A DNA stretch of 57,971 nucleotides. It comes from Rhodospirillaceae bacterium (GTDB lineage Bacteria > Pseudomonadota > Alphaproteobacteria > JAEULC01). The DNA is taken from NCBI GenBank assembly GCA_023266845.1, contig JAHFPH010000004.1:1-57971 (forward strand), read 5' to 3'. Shown here piece after piece: positions 26,985 through 39,085 of this stretch. The notes beneath the pieces are model-generated. The model was not told where the DNA came from and searched no databases. It worked only from the letters and a program-made list of their open reading frames with translations. Numbering within the stretch: position 1 is the first letter of the stretch; every line of letters starts with the position of its first letter. The translations under genes and the position numbers were made by a program.

Positions 26985-28229
26985 ATGTCCACAACCGGCG
27001 CACCGCGCCTTCCCCCCGGCTTCAATCGCCTGGCTTGGTCCAACTTGGCGGCGCAATCCGCCGAGCAGATCGGCTTGGCGGCTGCGCCGCTGGTGGCCGT
27101 GCTGGCGCTGGGTGCCGGCGCGGGCGAAACCGGAGCGCTGCAGACCATGCAGACCCTGCCCTATCTGCTGTTTGCGATTCCCGCCGGGCTGCTGGCCGAC
27201 CGGGTGTCGCGCAAGCGACTGATGGCCGGGGCCGAGGCGCTGCGCGCCGCGTCGCTTGCCGCGATCCTGGTCTTGGCGGTTTCCGGCGGATTGTCGCTGC
27301 CGCTGCTGGCGCTGCTCGGGCTGATCGGCGCATGCGGCACCATCGCCTACAGCGTGGCGGCGCCTTCCCTGGTGCCGGCGTTGGTGCCGCGGCAGATGCT
27401 CGCCGCCGCCAATACACGGGTCGAGCTGGCGCGCACCGTCGCCTTCGTCGCCGGGCCGGCCCTGGGTGGCGCGTTGGTCGGCTGGACCGGCGCTTCACCG
27501 GCCTTCGGATTCGCGGCGGCGCTGTCGCTTATAGCGGTGATTTTGCTCGCCGGCCTCAACGAGCCGCCGCGCGCCGTCTTGCCGCCGCGCCGCCCGCTGC
27601 ACGATTTGCGCGAGGGCGCCGGTTTTGTGCTGCGCCACCCGTTGCTGCTGCCGGTGTTTTTGACCCAGGCGATTTTCAACACCGCGTTCTTCGTGCTCCA
27701 GGCCGTGTACGTGCCCTATGCGATCCACCACCTGGGTCTATCGGCGTCGGAAGTGGGTGCGACGCTGGCGACTCATGGCATCGGCATGGTGCTGGGTGCG
27801 CTGGTCGCCGGCCGCATGATCCGCGCTTTGCCGTTCGGGGCGGTCATCGCCATTGGCCCGGTCGCGGGGTTTGCCGCCGCGCTGGCGATGCTGGCGACGA
27901 TCTGGATTCCTTCCGTGCTGCTGGCGGGCCTCAGCTTCTTCCTGATCGGCGTGGGTCCGATCCTCTGGGTCATCAGCACCACCACATTGCGCCAGGCCGT
28001 GACGCCGCAGGAATTGCTCGGTCGCGCCTCGGCCATGTTCCTGATGGCGACCGGGACCCGCCCATTGGGCGCCTTGATCGGTGCGCTGGTCGGCGGCTTC
28101 TACGGCATGGAGACCTGCCTGGCCGTCGCCGCTTGCGGGTTTCTGATCCAGGCCGGGGTGATCCTGGCGTCGCCGGTATGCCGCCTGGCGCATCAGCCCA
28201 TGGTCGCCAGCACCTCGGCCGTGACCTGA
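26985..28229 (+). CDS. MFS transporter (12-TM, exporter-like)
   Basis: Motif A AGLLADRVSRKRLM, many hydrophobic helices, LRQAVTPQELLGR. Confidence 0.88.
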   Translation: MSTTGAPRLPPGFNRLAWSNLAAQSAEQIGLAAAPLVAVLALGAGAGETGALQTMQTLPYLLFAIPAGLLADRVSRKRLMAGAEALRAASLAAILVLAVSGGLSLPLLALLGLIGACGTIAYSVAAPSLVPALVPRQMLAAANTRVELARTVAFVAGPALGGALVGWTGASPAFGFAAALSLIAVILLAGLNEPPRAVLPPRRPLHDLREGAGFVLRHPLLLPVFLTQAIFNTAFFVLQAVYVPYAIHHLGLSASEVGATLATHGIGMVLGALVAGRMIRALPFGAVIAIGPVAGFAAALAMLATIWIPSVLLAGLSFFLIGVGPILWVISTTTLRQAVTPQELLGRASAMFLMATGTRPLGALIGALVGGFYGMETCLAVAACGFLIQAGVILASPVCRLAHQPMVASTSAVT

Positions 28230-29230
28230 TGCCGCAAGGGTCGGCCCGCAGCCCAGGCTTCGTATTCGGCGATCGCCAGATCGGCCAGGCGCACCGCCTC
28301 GTCGCCGACCGTGCCGCCGATATGCGGGCTGATGACCAGATTGGGCAATTGCCAAAGGGCTGAGTCGGGCGGCGGCGGCTCGGGCCAGGTGACATCGACC
28401 AGGGCCGTCAGATCGGGCCGCGCGCGCAAAGCCGCAACCAGATCGTCCTCGACCACCTGCGCGCCGCGGCCCGTGTTGATGAACGTGGCGCCGTCGCGCA
28501 TCGCGCGGAACTGCCGCGCACCCAGCACGCCCTTGGTCGTGGCGATGTCGGGAATGTGGTTGCAGACCACCAACGCGCGCTCGAACACCTGGTAGAGCGA
28601 CACACGCTCGACCTTCAGGGCGGCGGCACGTTCGGCGGTCAGGAACGGATCATGCGCGATCACCTTGAGCGGATAGTCCGCCAGCAGGCGCGTTAGCCGC
28701 GTGCCGATCTTGCCCATGCCGATCATGCCCACGGTTTCGCCGTTGACGCCGGTGCGATGGAATTTCTTGGCGTCGAAGCTCCTGAGCTGCCGGTACTGGC
28801 GCACCGATCGGAAATACCCGCGTAGCGACAGCAGGATCTGCGACAGGCACATCTCGGCCACGGGAATGGCGTTGGCTTCCCAGGCGCTGACCAGGATCAC
28901 GCCGCGCTGGATCAAAGGCTCGGCGAAGGCCTTCACGTTGCCGGCGGAATAGAATACGGCCTGCAATTTGGGCATCGCCTTGAAATGGCGATCCTCGAAC
29001 CGGATCATGCCCCAGGTGGCGAAGATCGCCTCGATATCGCCGAGCTTCGGCGCGTGCTGGTCGAAATTACCGGCATGGACGACATGCGGGTACATCTCGG
29101 CAAGGGAGGCGATACGCTCGCGCCGGCCCTGCCCATACACGTCGCCGTCGCTTGCCGGATAGTCATAGAAGAAGGCCGCCTTGCGCCGCATCGCCCCGTC
29201 CTTCTCCGCCGCCGGCCGTTTGATCGACAT
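28193..29230 (-). CDS. D-isomer-specific 2-hydroxyacid dehydrogenase (SerA-like family)
   Basis: GMIGMGKIG, INTGRGAQV, DVTWPEP, ISPHIGG; alternative start 29191. Confidence 0.88.
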   Translation of the reverse strand: MSIKRPAAEKDGAMRRKAAFFYDYPASDGDVYGQGRRERIASLAEMYPHVVHAGNFDQHAPKLGDIEAIFATWGMIRFEDRHFKAMPKLQAVFYSAGNVKAFAEPLIQRGVILVSAWEANAIPVAEMCLSQILLSLRGYFRSVRQYRQLRSFDAKKFHRTGVNGETVGMIGMGKIGTRLTRLLADYPLKVIAHDPFLTAERAAALKVERVSLYQVFERALVVCNHIPDIATTKGVLGARQFRAMRDGATFINTGRGAQVVEDDLVAALRARPDLTALVDVTWPEPPPPDSALWQLPNLVISPHIGGTVGDEAVRLADLAIAEYEAWAAGRPLRHQVTAEVLATMG

Positions 29231-29291
29231 GCAGAGTCGGACCTATAGTAGCCGCCAATCCGCATAAACGAAATTCGCTGGGGAAACGGTC

Positions 29292-30602
29292 ATGGCCATC
29301 AAGAAAGCATTTCCGATTTTCGACTGCGACAGCCACGTGGTGGAGCCGCCCGCGGTGTGGGACGAATACCTGCCCAGCAAGGTGCGGGCCTGGGCCAAGA
29401 CGCAGTTCTGCTTTCACACCGACGGCGACCTGTTGCTGATCAACGGCCGAGCGGTTCCGGCGGCGCGCGAGCGATCGAACGCCGCCGAGGTGGGCTGGGC
29501 GCGCTGGGACAAGAAAGAAGTCGGCCGGCTGACTCCGGGCAGCAAGGAATGGCAGCAGAAATTCGGCCGCCTCTTGGGCTGCCGCGATCCGCATGCGCGG
29601 CTGAAGGACATGGACGCGCTGGGCACCGACCAGGTGATGCTGTTCCCGACCTGGTTCGTGCGCCTAGCGCTGGTGCGCGATCCCAAGGCCGCGGCGATTC
29701 TAGGCCGCGCCTATAACGACTGGGTCAATGATTACTGCGCCGCCGACCGCAAGCGCCTGTTCCCCTGCGCCGTTCTGCCGCTGCAAAGCGTGGAGGAGTC
29801 GATCGCCGAGCTCAAGCGCGTGGCGAAGCTGGGCTTCAAGGCCGCCGCCGTGCGCCCCTGCTTCTGGAACGGCCGCTACCCGACTTTGGCCGAATTCGAC
29901 CCGCTGTGGCGCGAGTTCGAGGAGCTTGGCCTGGTGCTGGCGATGCACACCTTCCCGTCGCGCGAGGCGCTGACCGTCGATTGGGCGCAACGCATGGCCG
30001 CGGCGCGAGGCACCTCGGGCCAGGGGCTGATGTTCACCGACGAGGCAGTGGTGTATTCGCCCGGCCAGTTCGTTTCCAACATCACCGCGGCGATGGATCC
30101 GACGATCGACGCGTCCGAGACCCTGGGCTTCGTGATGGAGGCGATGACCTGGGTGACGGTCGTGGTGCAGACCGGGTGGCTGGACAAATTCCCGAAGCTG
30201 AAGGCCTGCGTACTGGAATCCAACGCCTCGTGGCTGCCGCTGATCCTGCAGCGCTCGTCCAATTTTTCGAACCTGTTCGCGTTCCAGCGCGACAACCGGC
30301 AGATCCGCGACCCGGTGGAGGCGTTCAACGAGCGCTGCTTCATCGGCTTCGAGTCGGACGAGACGCTGGTCTATCGCCTGTGGGACATGTTCAAGGACAT
30401 CGCCATCTGGTCGTCGGACTATCCGCATCACGACGCGGAAGACGCCTGGGACGGGTTGCACCACATGGCCGAGTTCGACGTGCCGCAAGCCGTGCAGAAG
30501 AAGCTGTTGGGTGAGAACGCGCGCAAGCTTTACGGCATCGAGCCGCTGATGAAGATCAAGGAACGCGTCGAGGACTACGAGCCGGCGATCCTACGCTGGT
30601 AG
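29292..30602 (+). CDS. Amidohydrolase_2-family metal-dependent hydrolase/decarboxylase
   Basis: FDCDSHVVEP, RAYNDW, LAMH, LESNASW, SSDYPHHD, LGENARKLYG. Confidence 0.85.
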   Translation: MAIKKAFPIFDCDSHVVEPPAVWDEYLPSKVRAWAKTQFCFHTDGDLLLINGRAVPAARERSNAAEVGWARWDKKEVGRLTPGSKEWQQKFGRLLGCRDPHARLKDMDALGTDQVMLFPTWFVRLALVRDPKAAAILGRAYNDWVNDYCAADRKRLFPCAVLPLQSVEESIAELKRVAKLGFKAAAVRPCFWNGRYPTLAEFDPLWREFEELGLVLAMHTFPSREALTVDWAQRMAAARGTSGQGLMFTDEAVVYSPGQFVSNITAAMDPTIDASETLGFVMEAMTWVTVVVQTGWLDKFPKLKACVLESNASWLPLILQRSSNFSNLFAFQRDNRQIRDPVEAFNERCFIGFESDETLVYRLWDMFKDIAIWSSDYPHHDAEDAWDGLHHMAEFDVPQAVQKKLLGENARKLYGIEPLMKIKERVEDYEPAILRW

Positions 30603-30722
30603 TTCCGCCGGGTTGCGTCGCGGCCGATTCTCCGCCTGGCGCGGCCGCGTTCTTCCCTCGCGGCGCGGGGCTGAATAGGATGGCGGCCGCTTAGGTCCAC
30701 CGACCGACGGGAAAGAACCTCC

Positions 30723-32192
30723 ATGCGCCTGTTCGCCGCAACCATCGCCACCGAGAGCAACACGTTTTCGCCGCTGCCCACCAGCCTTCAAGGATATAAG
30801 GACAGCGTGTTCCTGCGGCCGGGTGAGCATCCCGAGGCGGCGCCGCAGATGTGCACCGCGCCGCTGTGGGTGGCGCGCCGCCGCGCCAAGAAGGAAGGCT
30901 TCACCCTGATCGAGGGAAGCTGCTTCGCCGCCAGCCCCGCCGGCACGACCAACAAAAAAGACTACGAGTTCATGCGCGACGAGATTCTAGGGCAGTTGAA
31001 AGCCGCGCTGCCGGTTGACGGCGTGCTGCTGGGCCTGCACGGCGCGATGGTCGCGCACGGCTATGACGACGTGGAAGGCGACATCATCGAGCGCGTGCGC
31101 GCGCTCGTCGGCCCCAAGACGATCATCGGCGTGGAGCTCGACCCGCATTGCCACTTGACGCTGAAGCGCGTGAAGCTGGCCGATGTCGTCGTGCTGTACA
31201 AGGAATTCCCGCACACCGACGTGGTGGAGCGCGCGGAAGACGTGCTGGACATCGTGCTGAAGACCTTGCGCGGCCAGGCCAAGCCCGTCATGTCGATGTA
31301 CGACTGCCGCCAAATCAGCTCCTATCCGACGACGCTGCCGCTGATGCGCGCCTTCGTCGACAAGATCAAGGCGATGGAAGGCAAGGGCGGCATCCTGTCG
31401 ATCTCCATCGGCCACTGCTTCCCTTATGCCGATGTGCCGGAACTGACCGGCCGTATTCTTGTCGTGATGGACGAGGACAAGAAAAAGGGCGACGCGTTGG
31501 CGACCAAAATCGGCGAGGAATTCGTGTCGATGCGCGGCAAGACCATGCCCAGCTACTATGGCATCGACGAAGGCATCAAAGTGGCGATGGAATCGAACGT
31601 GGCGCCCGTGGTGATGGCCGACCCGGCCGACAATGCGGGCGGCGGCGCGCCGTCGGACAACACGTCGATCCTGCGCCGCATGATGGAGCGCCAGGCGGCC
31701 GACGCGGCGGTCGGGCCGATCTGGGACCCGATCGCGGTGCGGTTGTGCTTCGACGCGGGGCTCAACGCCGAGTTCGCGCTTAGGCTCGGCGGCAAAATCG
31801 GCCCAAGCTCCGGCGCCCCGATCGATGCGCGGGTCAAGGTGATCGCCCTCAAGCGCGATTGCTGGCAGAGCTTCGGGCCGACCCAGGTTCCGCTGGGCGA
31901 TTGCGCTGGTGTGCGCATCGGCGGCATCGACGTGGCGCTGATTACCAACCGCACCCAAGCGCTGGGGCTGGAGCTGTTCACCAACCTGGGCATCGACCCG
32001 CGCCAGAAGAAGATCGTGCTGGTGAAATCGACCAACCATTTCATGGCGGCGTTCGGACCGATCGCCAAACGCGTGCTGTATATAGATTCGGACGGGCCCT
32101 TGAGCCGCGACTATCGCAAGATTCCTTATACGAAAGTGCAGCGTCCGATCTGGCCGTTGGACGAGCACACCAAGCCGGGGCTGATTCTGTAG
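30723..32192 (+). CDS. M81/MlrC-family metallopeptidase
   Basis: ATESNTFSP, LHGAMV, ELDPHCH, KEFPHTD, DPADNAGGGAPSD, VKSTNHF, RPIWPLD. Confidence 0.9.
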   Translation: MRLFAATIATESNTFSPLPTSLQGYKDSVFLRPGEHPEAAPQMCTAPLWVARRRAKKEGFTLIEGSCFAASPAGTTNKKDYEFMRDEILGQLKAALPVDGVLLGLHGAMVAHGYDDVEGDIIERVRALVGPKTIIGVELDPHCHLTLKRVKLADVVVLYKEFPHTDVVERAEDVLDIVLKTLRGQAKPVMSMYDCRQISSYPTTLPLMRAFVDKIKAMEGKGGILSISIGHCFPYADVPELTGRILVVMDEDKKKGDALATKIGEEFVSMRGKTMPSYYGIDEGIKVAMESNVAPVVMADPADNAGGGAPSDNTSILRRMMERQAADAAVGPIWDPIAVRLCFDAGLNAEFALRLGGKIGPSSGAPIDARVKVIALKRDCWQSFGPTQVPLGDCAGVRIGGIDVALITNRTQALGLELFTNLGIDPRQKKIVLVKSTNHFMAAFGPIAKRVLYIDSDGPLSRDYRKIPYTKVQRPIWPLDEHTKPGLIL

Positions 32193-32298
32193 CCGCCAGG
32201 GGCTTGCGGGCGACCGGGGCAAATGCCTTAATCATCGAAAGCGTAACGGGCCCGCCGCGGGGACGGGCCAAGCGTCAATCCACGGGGAGCATTTCGTC

Positions 32299-33903
32299 AT
32301 GAAAATCACGCGCCGTACCGCCTTGCAGGGCGGCATCGCCACCGCCGCCGTCATCGCAGCACCCTCGATCGTGCGCGCGCAGGCCAAGCCGAGTGCCGCG
32401 CGCACCGTGCGTGCCGTGTTCCACGGCGACATCCCGACCTACGACCCGATTTGGACCACGGCCAACATGACCGCTTATCACGGCGGCATGGTGTACGACA
32501 CGCTGTTCGGCATCGACGGCAAGCAACAGCCGCAGCCGCAGATGGTCGGCAAATGGGGCGTGTCGGACGACAAGCTGACCTATACGTTCGAGCTGCGCGA
32601 CGGCCTGAAATGGACCGACGGTACGCCCGTCACCTCCGCCGACGTGGTACCGTCGCTCAAGCGCTGGGCGGCGCGCGACGGCGGCGGCCAGCACATGATG
32701 CTGCGCGTCAAGGACATCGCCGCCAAGGACGCCAAGACCTTCACCATCGAGCTGAAGGAACGTTATGGCCTGGTGCTGGAAGTGCTGGCCAAGACCTCGA
32801 CGCCGGTCTGCTTCATGATGCGCAAGAAAGAGGCCGAAACCGATCCGATGCAGAAGATCGACCAGGTCGTGGGCTCGGGGCCGTTCAAGCTGAATCTCGA
32901 CGAAACCAAGCCCGGCACGCAATACGTCTATGATCGCAACCCCGACTACGTGCCGCGCGCCGACGCGCCGTCGGGTATCGCCGGCGGCAAGAAGGTCAAC
33001 CTCGAGCGCGTGATCTTTGTCAACATGCCGGACGCGCAGACCGCCGTTGCGGCGCTGCAGGCCGGCGAAATCGACTTCTACGAGGTGCCGCCGACCGACC
33101 TTTTGCCGCAGCTCGAAGGCGACAAGAACATCAAGATCGAGGTTTTGAATTCGCTGGGCAATGTCGGCCAGATACGGCCGAACTTCCTGCACCCGCCCTT
33201 CAACAACGAAAAGGCGCGTCAGGCGTTGCTGTACCTGGTGAAGCAGTCGGACTACATGAAGGCGAGCTTCGGAGATTCCAAATACGCGCGCACCTGCCCG
33301 TCCTTCTTCGGCATGGGCACGCCGATGGAAAACGATGCCAACACCGATTGGTTCAAGGGCGGCCAGAACCTCGAGAAGGCCAAGGCCCTGTTCAAGGAAG
33401 CGGGCTACGACGGCAAGCCGATCGTGCTGATGCAGGCCACCAACATCGCGATCATGAGCAACACGGCGCAGATCCTGGCGCAGGAGCTGCGCCAGGTGGG
33501 CCTTAACGTGCAGGTCGAGGCGATGGACTGGTCCAACGTGGTGCAGCGCCGCTCCAACAAGAGCCCGCCGGACCAGGGTGGCTGGAACCTGTTCATCACC
33601 TGGTCGGGTGGCTCGGCGATCGGCAACCCGATCCTGTTGGCCGCGCACGCCGCGACTGGCGACAAGGCCTGGTTCGGCTGGCCCAGCGACTCTTTGCACG
33701 AGGAGCTGCGCACCAAATGGGCGCTGGCCGGCACGCCGGAAGAGCGCAAGCAAATCGCCCAGCAGATACAGGCCAACGCCTGGAAGTTCGTGCCTCAGCT
33801 CTATTACGGCCAGTGGATGCAGCCCGCGGCGATGCGCACGAACATCAACAACCTGCTGCCGGTGGCCGAGATCATTCCCTGGTGGAACGTCACCAAGGGC
33901 TGA
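32299..33903 (+). CDS. Peptide/nickel ABC substrate-binding protein (family 5) with Tat signal
   Basis: ITRRTAL, YDTLFG, FELRDGLKWTDGTPVTSADVV, GSGPFK, HPPFNNEKARQA. Confidence 0.92.
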   Translation: MKITRRTALQGGIATAAVIAAPSIVRAQAKPSAARTVRAVFHGDIPTYDPIWTTANMTAYHGGMVYDTLFGIDGKQQPQPQMVGKWGVSDDKLTYTFELRDGLKWTDGTPVTSADVVPSLKRWAARDGGGQHMMLRVKDIAAKDAKTFTIELKERYGLVLEVLAKTSTPVCFMMRKKEAETDPMQKIDQVVGSGPFKLNLDETKPGTQYVYDRNPDYVPRADAPSGIAGGKKVNLERVIFVNMPDAQTAVAALQAGEIDFYEVPPTDLLPQLEGDKNIKIEVLNSLGNVGQIRPNFLHPPFNNEKARQALLYLVKQSDYMKASFGDSKYARTCPSFFGMGTPMENDANTDWFKGGQNLEKAKALFKEAGYDGKPIVLMQATNIAIMSNTAQILAQELRQVGLNVQVEAMDWSNVVQRRSNKSPPDQGGWNLFITWSGGSAIGNPILLAAHAATGDKAWFGWPSDSLHEELRTKWALAGTPEERKQIAQQIQANAWKFVPQLYYGQWMQPAAMRTNINNLLPVAEIIPWWNVTKG

Positions 33904-33933
33904 ACGACCGCTTGAAACGACAGCCTATGTGCC

Positions 33934-33965
33934 TGGGCCGGGCGCCGGATCGGCGTTCCGGCCCA
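33934..33965 (+). terminator. GC-rich hairpin after the binding-protein gene (mRNA stabiliser or partial terminator)
   Basis: TGGGCCGG...CCGGCCCA stem with inner GCGCCG/CGGCGT pairing; no U-tract. Confidence 0.4.
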
Positions 33966-34040
33966 AGACTTGCAACACACGAGTTTTGCAGCGCATAACG
34001 CGCCGCCATTGAATCCAAACCGGGGAACGGCCGCCCGCGC

Positions 34041-34982
34041 ATGACCGCTTATATCGCCCGACGCCTGCTGTCGATGCTGCCGGTGATGGTGCTGGTGGCG
34101 CTGTTCGTGTTCCTGCTGCTGCACATAGCCCCGGGCGACCCGGCCGCGATCATCGCCGGCGACAACGCCACCCCCGACAATATCGCGCAAATCCGCAAGG
34201 CGCTGGGCCTGGACGAGCCGATCTGGAAGCAGTTCCTGGTCTGGGTGTCGAGCCTGGTCCGGGGCGATCTGGGCAGGTCGATGTTCTGGAACGATCCGGT
34301 GACCACGCTGATCGCCCAGCGCGCCGAGCCCACCCTGTCGCTGGCCTTGACCACGCTGATTTTCGCCATCGTCATCGCCATCACCCTGGGCGTCACCGCG
34401 GCGGCCAAGGCCGGCACGGCCATTGACCGCATCGTGATGGGCTTCGCCGTGATCGGATTTTCGGTGCCGGTGTTCGTGGTCGGCTATCTGCTGATCTTCG
34501 TGTTCGCCATTTACCTCAAATGGCTGCCCGTGCAGGGCTACACGCCGCTCAGCGAGGGCGTGCTGCCGTGGCTGCGCAATCTTGTTTTGCCGTCGATCGC
34601 GCTGGGGCTTGTGTATGTCGCGCTGATCGCACGCATCACCCGCGCCACGATGCTGGACGTGCTGGCCGAGGACTACATGCGTACCGCACGGGCCAAGGGC
34701 GTGGCGCCACGTCACATGCTGCTGAAGCACGCCCTCAAGAACGCCGCCGTGCCCATCGTCACGGTGATCGGCATCGGCGTGGCGCTGCTGATCGGCGGCG
34801 TGGTGATCACCGAGACGGTGTTCAACATTCCCGGCGTCGGCCGGTTGGTGGTCGACGCGATCGCGCGACGCGACTATCCGATCATCCAGGGCGTCATCAT
34901 GGTGTTCTCGGGCATCTACGTGCTCGTGAACTTGGTGGTCGACATGTCGTACACGCTGCTCGATCCGAGGATCCGGTACTGA
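34041..34982 (+). CDS. Peptide ABC permease (DppB/OppB-like)
   Basis: [52 protein letters not shown]. Confidence 0.92.
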   Translation: MTAYIARRLLSMLPVMVLVALFVFLLLHIAPGDPAAIIAGDNATPDNIAQIRKALGLDEPIWKQFLVWVSSLVRGDLGRSMFWNDPVTTLIAQRAEPTLSLALTTLIFAIVIAITLGVTAAAKAGTAIDRIVMGFAVIGFSVPVFVVGYLLIFVFAIYLKWLPVQGYTPLSEGVLPWLRNLVLPSIALGLVYVALIARITRATMLDVLAEDYMRTARAKGVAPRHMLLKHALKNAAVPIVTVIGIGVALLIGGVVITETVFNIPGVGRLVVDAIARRDYPIIQGVIMVFSGIYVLVNLVVDMSYTLLDPRIRY

Positions 34983-34983
34983 C

Positions 34984-35856
34984 ATGGCCGCGGTCGCCGA
35001 AGTCGCGCGCGCCAGGCCCGGCCTTGCCGGAAAGTTCGCCGTGTTCGCGCGGCGCAACCCGACCATCGTGCTGGGCGCGGCGCTGCTGATCCTGACCGCG
35101 ATCTTCGCGGTCATCGCGCCCTTGATCGCCGGCGATCCGCGCCTGATGACGCCGGCCAAACGCCTGCTGTCGCCCTCGGCCGAGTATTGGTTCGGCACCG
35201 ACAACCTGGGACGCGACGTTTATGCGCGCACGGTCTATGGCGCGCGCATTTCGCTGGTCGTGGGCCTGTCGGTCGCGACGATCTCGGTCGCCGTGGGCCT
35301 CGTGATCGGCCTGGCCGCGGGCTACTACCGGCGCATCGACGGATTCGTGATGCGCATCATGGACGGAATGATGGCGATTCCCGCCATCCTGCTGGCGATC
35401 GCGCTGGTCTCGCTCAACCGCGCCAGCGTGTGGATCGTGATCGTGGCGATCGCGATTCCCGAGGTGCCGCGCGTCGTGCGCCTGGTGCGCTCGGTGGTGC
35501 TGACCACGCGCGAGCAGCCCTTCATCGAGGCGGCGATCGGCGGCGGCAGCCGGGACTTCAAGATCATCCATCGCCACATCCTGCCCTCGACCGTGGCGCC
35601 GTTGATCGTGCAGGCGACGTACATCACCGCCTCGGCGATCTTGATCGAGGCGGCGCTGTCGTTCCTGGGCGCGGGCGTACCGCCGGAGATTCCCACCTGG
35701 GGCAACATGATCGCGGCCTCGCGCCTGTTCCTGGCCCGCGCGCCCTGGACGATCTTCTTTCCCGGCGCCGCCCTGGCGCTGGTGATCCTGGCCGTGAACC
35801 TGATGGGCGATGGCTTGCGCGACCGGCTCGATCCGCGCCTGGCGCGGCGGATGTAG
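34984..35856 (+). CDS. Peptide ABC permease (DppC/OppC-like)
   Basis: [48 protein letters not shown]. Confidence 0.92.
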   Translation: MAAVAEVARARPGLAGKFAVFARRNPTIVLGAALLILTAIFAVIAPLIAGDPRLMTPAKRLLSPSAEYWFGTDNLGRDVYARTVYGARISLVVGLSVATISVAVGLVIGLAAGYYRRIDGFVMRIMDGMMAIPAILLAIALVSLNRASVWIVIVAIAIPEVPRVVRLVRSVVLTTREQPFIEAAIGGGSRDFKIIHRHILPSTVAPLIVQATYITASAILIEAALSFLGAGVPPEIPTWGNMIAASRLFLARAPWTIFFPGAALALVILAVNLMGDGLRDRLDPRLARRM

Positions 35857-35860
35857 CGCC

Positions 35861-36849
<989 letters not shown>

Positions 36850-36853
<4 letters not shown>

Positions 36854-37863
36854 ACGCAAACGCGCAAGCCCACGTCCTCGAGGTCGAAAACCTCAGTAAG
36901 CATTTTCCGGTGCAGCGCGGCTTGTTGCGCCGCACGGTCGCGCAGGTCCAGGCGGTGGACGGCGTGAACTTTTTCATCAAGCCGGGCGAGACGCTGTGCC
37001 TGGTCGGCGAATCGGGCTGCGGCAAGTCCACGGTCGGCAAGCTGATCCTGCGCTTCATCGAGCCCACGGGCGGCCGCATCACGCTCGGCGGCGTGGATGT
37101 CACGCGTTTGAACCAGGGCGAGATGCGGCAATACCGGCGCAATGCGCAGATGGTGTTCCAGGACCCCTATGCCTCGCTCAATCCCAGGCTCACCGCCGGC
37201 ACGATCGTGGCCGAGCCGCTGGAGAATTTCGAGACCATGGGCGCTGGCGAGCGCGAGGGCCGCGTGGCCGCGGTGCTGGAGCGCGTGGGCCTGCGCGCCG
37301 AGGCGATGCGCCGCTATCCGTTCGAGTTCTCGGGCGGGCAGCGCCAGCGCTTAGGCATAGCCCGGGCGCTCGCGGTCAATCCGCGCCTGATCATCGCCGA
37401 CGAGCCGGTCTCGGCGCTCGACGTGTCGGTGCAGGCGCAGGTGCTGAACCTGCTGATGGATTTGCAGGACGAATTCAAGCTCACCTACTTGTTCATCTCG
37501 CACGACCTTGGCGTGGTCGAGCATATCGGGCACCGCATCGCCGTGATGTATCTGGGCAAGATCGTCGAGATCGCGCCAAAGGAAGGGTTGTTCGAATATC
37601 CGCTGCACCCCTACACCCAGGCGCTGATCGACGCGGCACCCCTGCCCGACCCGCGCGCCAAGCGCCAGCGCCTGGTGATCGAGGGCGACGTGCCCAGCCC
37701 GATCAACCCGCCTTCGGGCTGCCGGTTCCACACGCGCTGCCCCTTTGCTTTCGCGCGCTGCAAAACCGAAGAACCCGCGATGCGCGAGACGGCACCCCAG
37801 CGCTTCGTCGCCTGTCACTTGCGCGAGGACGGCAACATGGGCGCGCTGGCGCGGCCCGCCTAG
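36850..37863 (+). CDS. Peptide ABC ATP-binding protein (DppF/OppF-like)
   Basis: [48 protein letters not shown]; ATGA overlap with the previous gene. Confidence 0.92.
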
Positions 37864-37864
37864 A

Positions 37865-39085
37865 TCAATCCGGCCATCGCGACAGGCGCGCGAGTCGGCG
37901 CTTCTGCCGGTCCGCGGGCGAGCTTGGCTTGGCCGCAGGCTTGGCCCGTGCGCGCTGGCATTCCGCGAGCAGGCGCTGGGCCACGATTTTCTCTTCACCA
38001 GGGTGCAGGCAGGTCGGATCGAGCTGGAAATAGCCCAGATCGATCTCGTCGTCGCGCACGATCACCGGCGGATCGCCCGCCGACAGCGCATCGGCCAGGT
38101 CCCAGGCCGCCACCCCGGCCTTTGCCGGATCGACCTGGACCTTCAGCCGGTTGACCGGATTGCCCGTGGGGTCGGGCTCGATGGTCGCGGCGATGCCCGG
38201 CATGTTGGCCAGGCTTTCCTGCCACAGGCGCAGATGCCCGTCCTGCTCGGCGTGGGCCGCCTTGTGGTCGCGCTTGTCCCACGCGGCCAGCGCCGCCATC
38301 GCGCCAACGATGCCTTCCTTGCCGACTTTCATGCCGCGCCCGATGCCGTAGTTCTGCAAATAGGCCGCGCGCACCAGGTCGCGCCGCCCCGCGACGATTC
38401 CGGCGGTCAGTCCGCCTAGGAATTTATGCGCGCTATGAACAGCGATATCGGCCCCGGCCGCCATAAACCCCTTCAAATCGTATTCCGCCGCGCCGTCGAC
38501 GATCACCGGCACGTTTTTCGCCTTGCATTCCCGGATGAAATCACCGAGCGGAATCTGACCGTAATTCACGGCGTGATGCGAGACGACATAGAGCGCGGCG
38601 GCGGTGTTGGCGGTGATCGCGCCGGCGAGCTGATAGGCCTCGGCTCGCGTGGCGGTGCCGACCGGCACCACCTTGGCGCCGCTGAGCCGGATCGCCTGGT
38701 CGATCGGCGCGCCGTAATTGACCAGATGCCCGAGCTGGATCACCACCTCGTTTTTCATGCCGGTGGTGTCGGGCAGGCGCTCGATCCTGGCGAAATCCGC
38801 GCCGGTCATGGTGCCTGCGATCGCGAGCGTGATGCCCGACGACGCGCAGGCCGTCACGCAGCCCGCTTCGGCCCCGCAATGCCGTGCGATCGCGGCGCTG
38901 GCCTTGCGCTGCAGATCGTCGATCTCGACGAACTGGCTGAGGATCGGCGTCACCGCCTCGATCACCTGGGCCCCGACGGTGGAAGCCCCGAGCGAGGTCA
39001 TGGTGCCGGAGACGTTGACGACGGGTCTTAGCCCCAGGTGCGAGCGCGGATCGGCCTCATTGCCGCCGGGCTTCGCCTCGCTCAT
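37865..39085 (-). CDS. SelA-like PLP enzyme (DgaE / D-glucosaminate-6-phosphate ammonia-lyase family)
   Basis: VVNVSGTMTSLGAS, RLPDTTGMKNEVVIQLGH, IVDGAAE, PLP lysine in SAHKFLGG, GIGRGMKVGKEGI, DPTGNP. Confidence 0.85.
   Translation of the reverse strand: MSEAKPGGNEADPRSHLGLRPVVNVSGTMTSLGASTVGAQVIEAVTPILSQFVEIDDLQRKASAAIARHCGAEAGCVTACASSGITLAIAGTMTGADFARIERLPDTTGMKNEVVIQLGHLVNYGAPIDQAIRLSGAKVVPVGTATRAEAYQLAGAITANTAAALYVVSHHAVNYGQIPLGDFIRECKAKNVPVIVDGAAEYDLKGFMAAGADIAVHSAHKFLGGLTAGIVAGRRDLVRAAYLQNYGIGRGMKVGKEGIVGAMAALAAWDKRDHKAAHAEQDGHLRLWQESLANMPGIAATIEPDPTGNPVNRLKVQVDPAKAGVAAWDLADALSAGDPPVIVRDDEIDLGYFQLDPTCLHPGEEKIVAQRLLAECQRARAKPAAKPSSPADRQKRRLARLSRWPD

Noticed and set aside
30723-32192. 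Microcystin degradation cluster
   Set aside because: Only the widespread MlrC-family gene is present; mlrA, mlrB and mlrD are absent
37865-39085. Selenocysteine synthase SelA
   Set aside because: No selB, selC or selD nearby; motifs and pairing with a COG3964 amidohydrolase fit the DgaE-like branch
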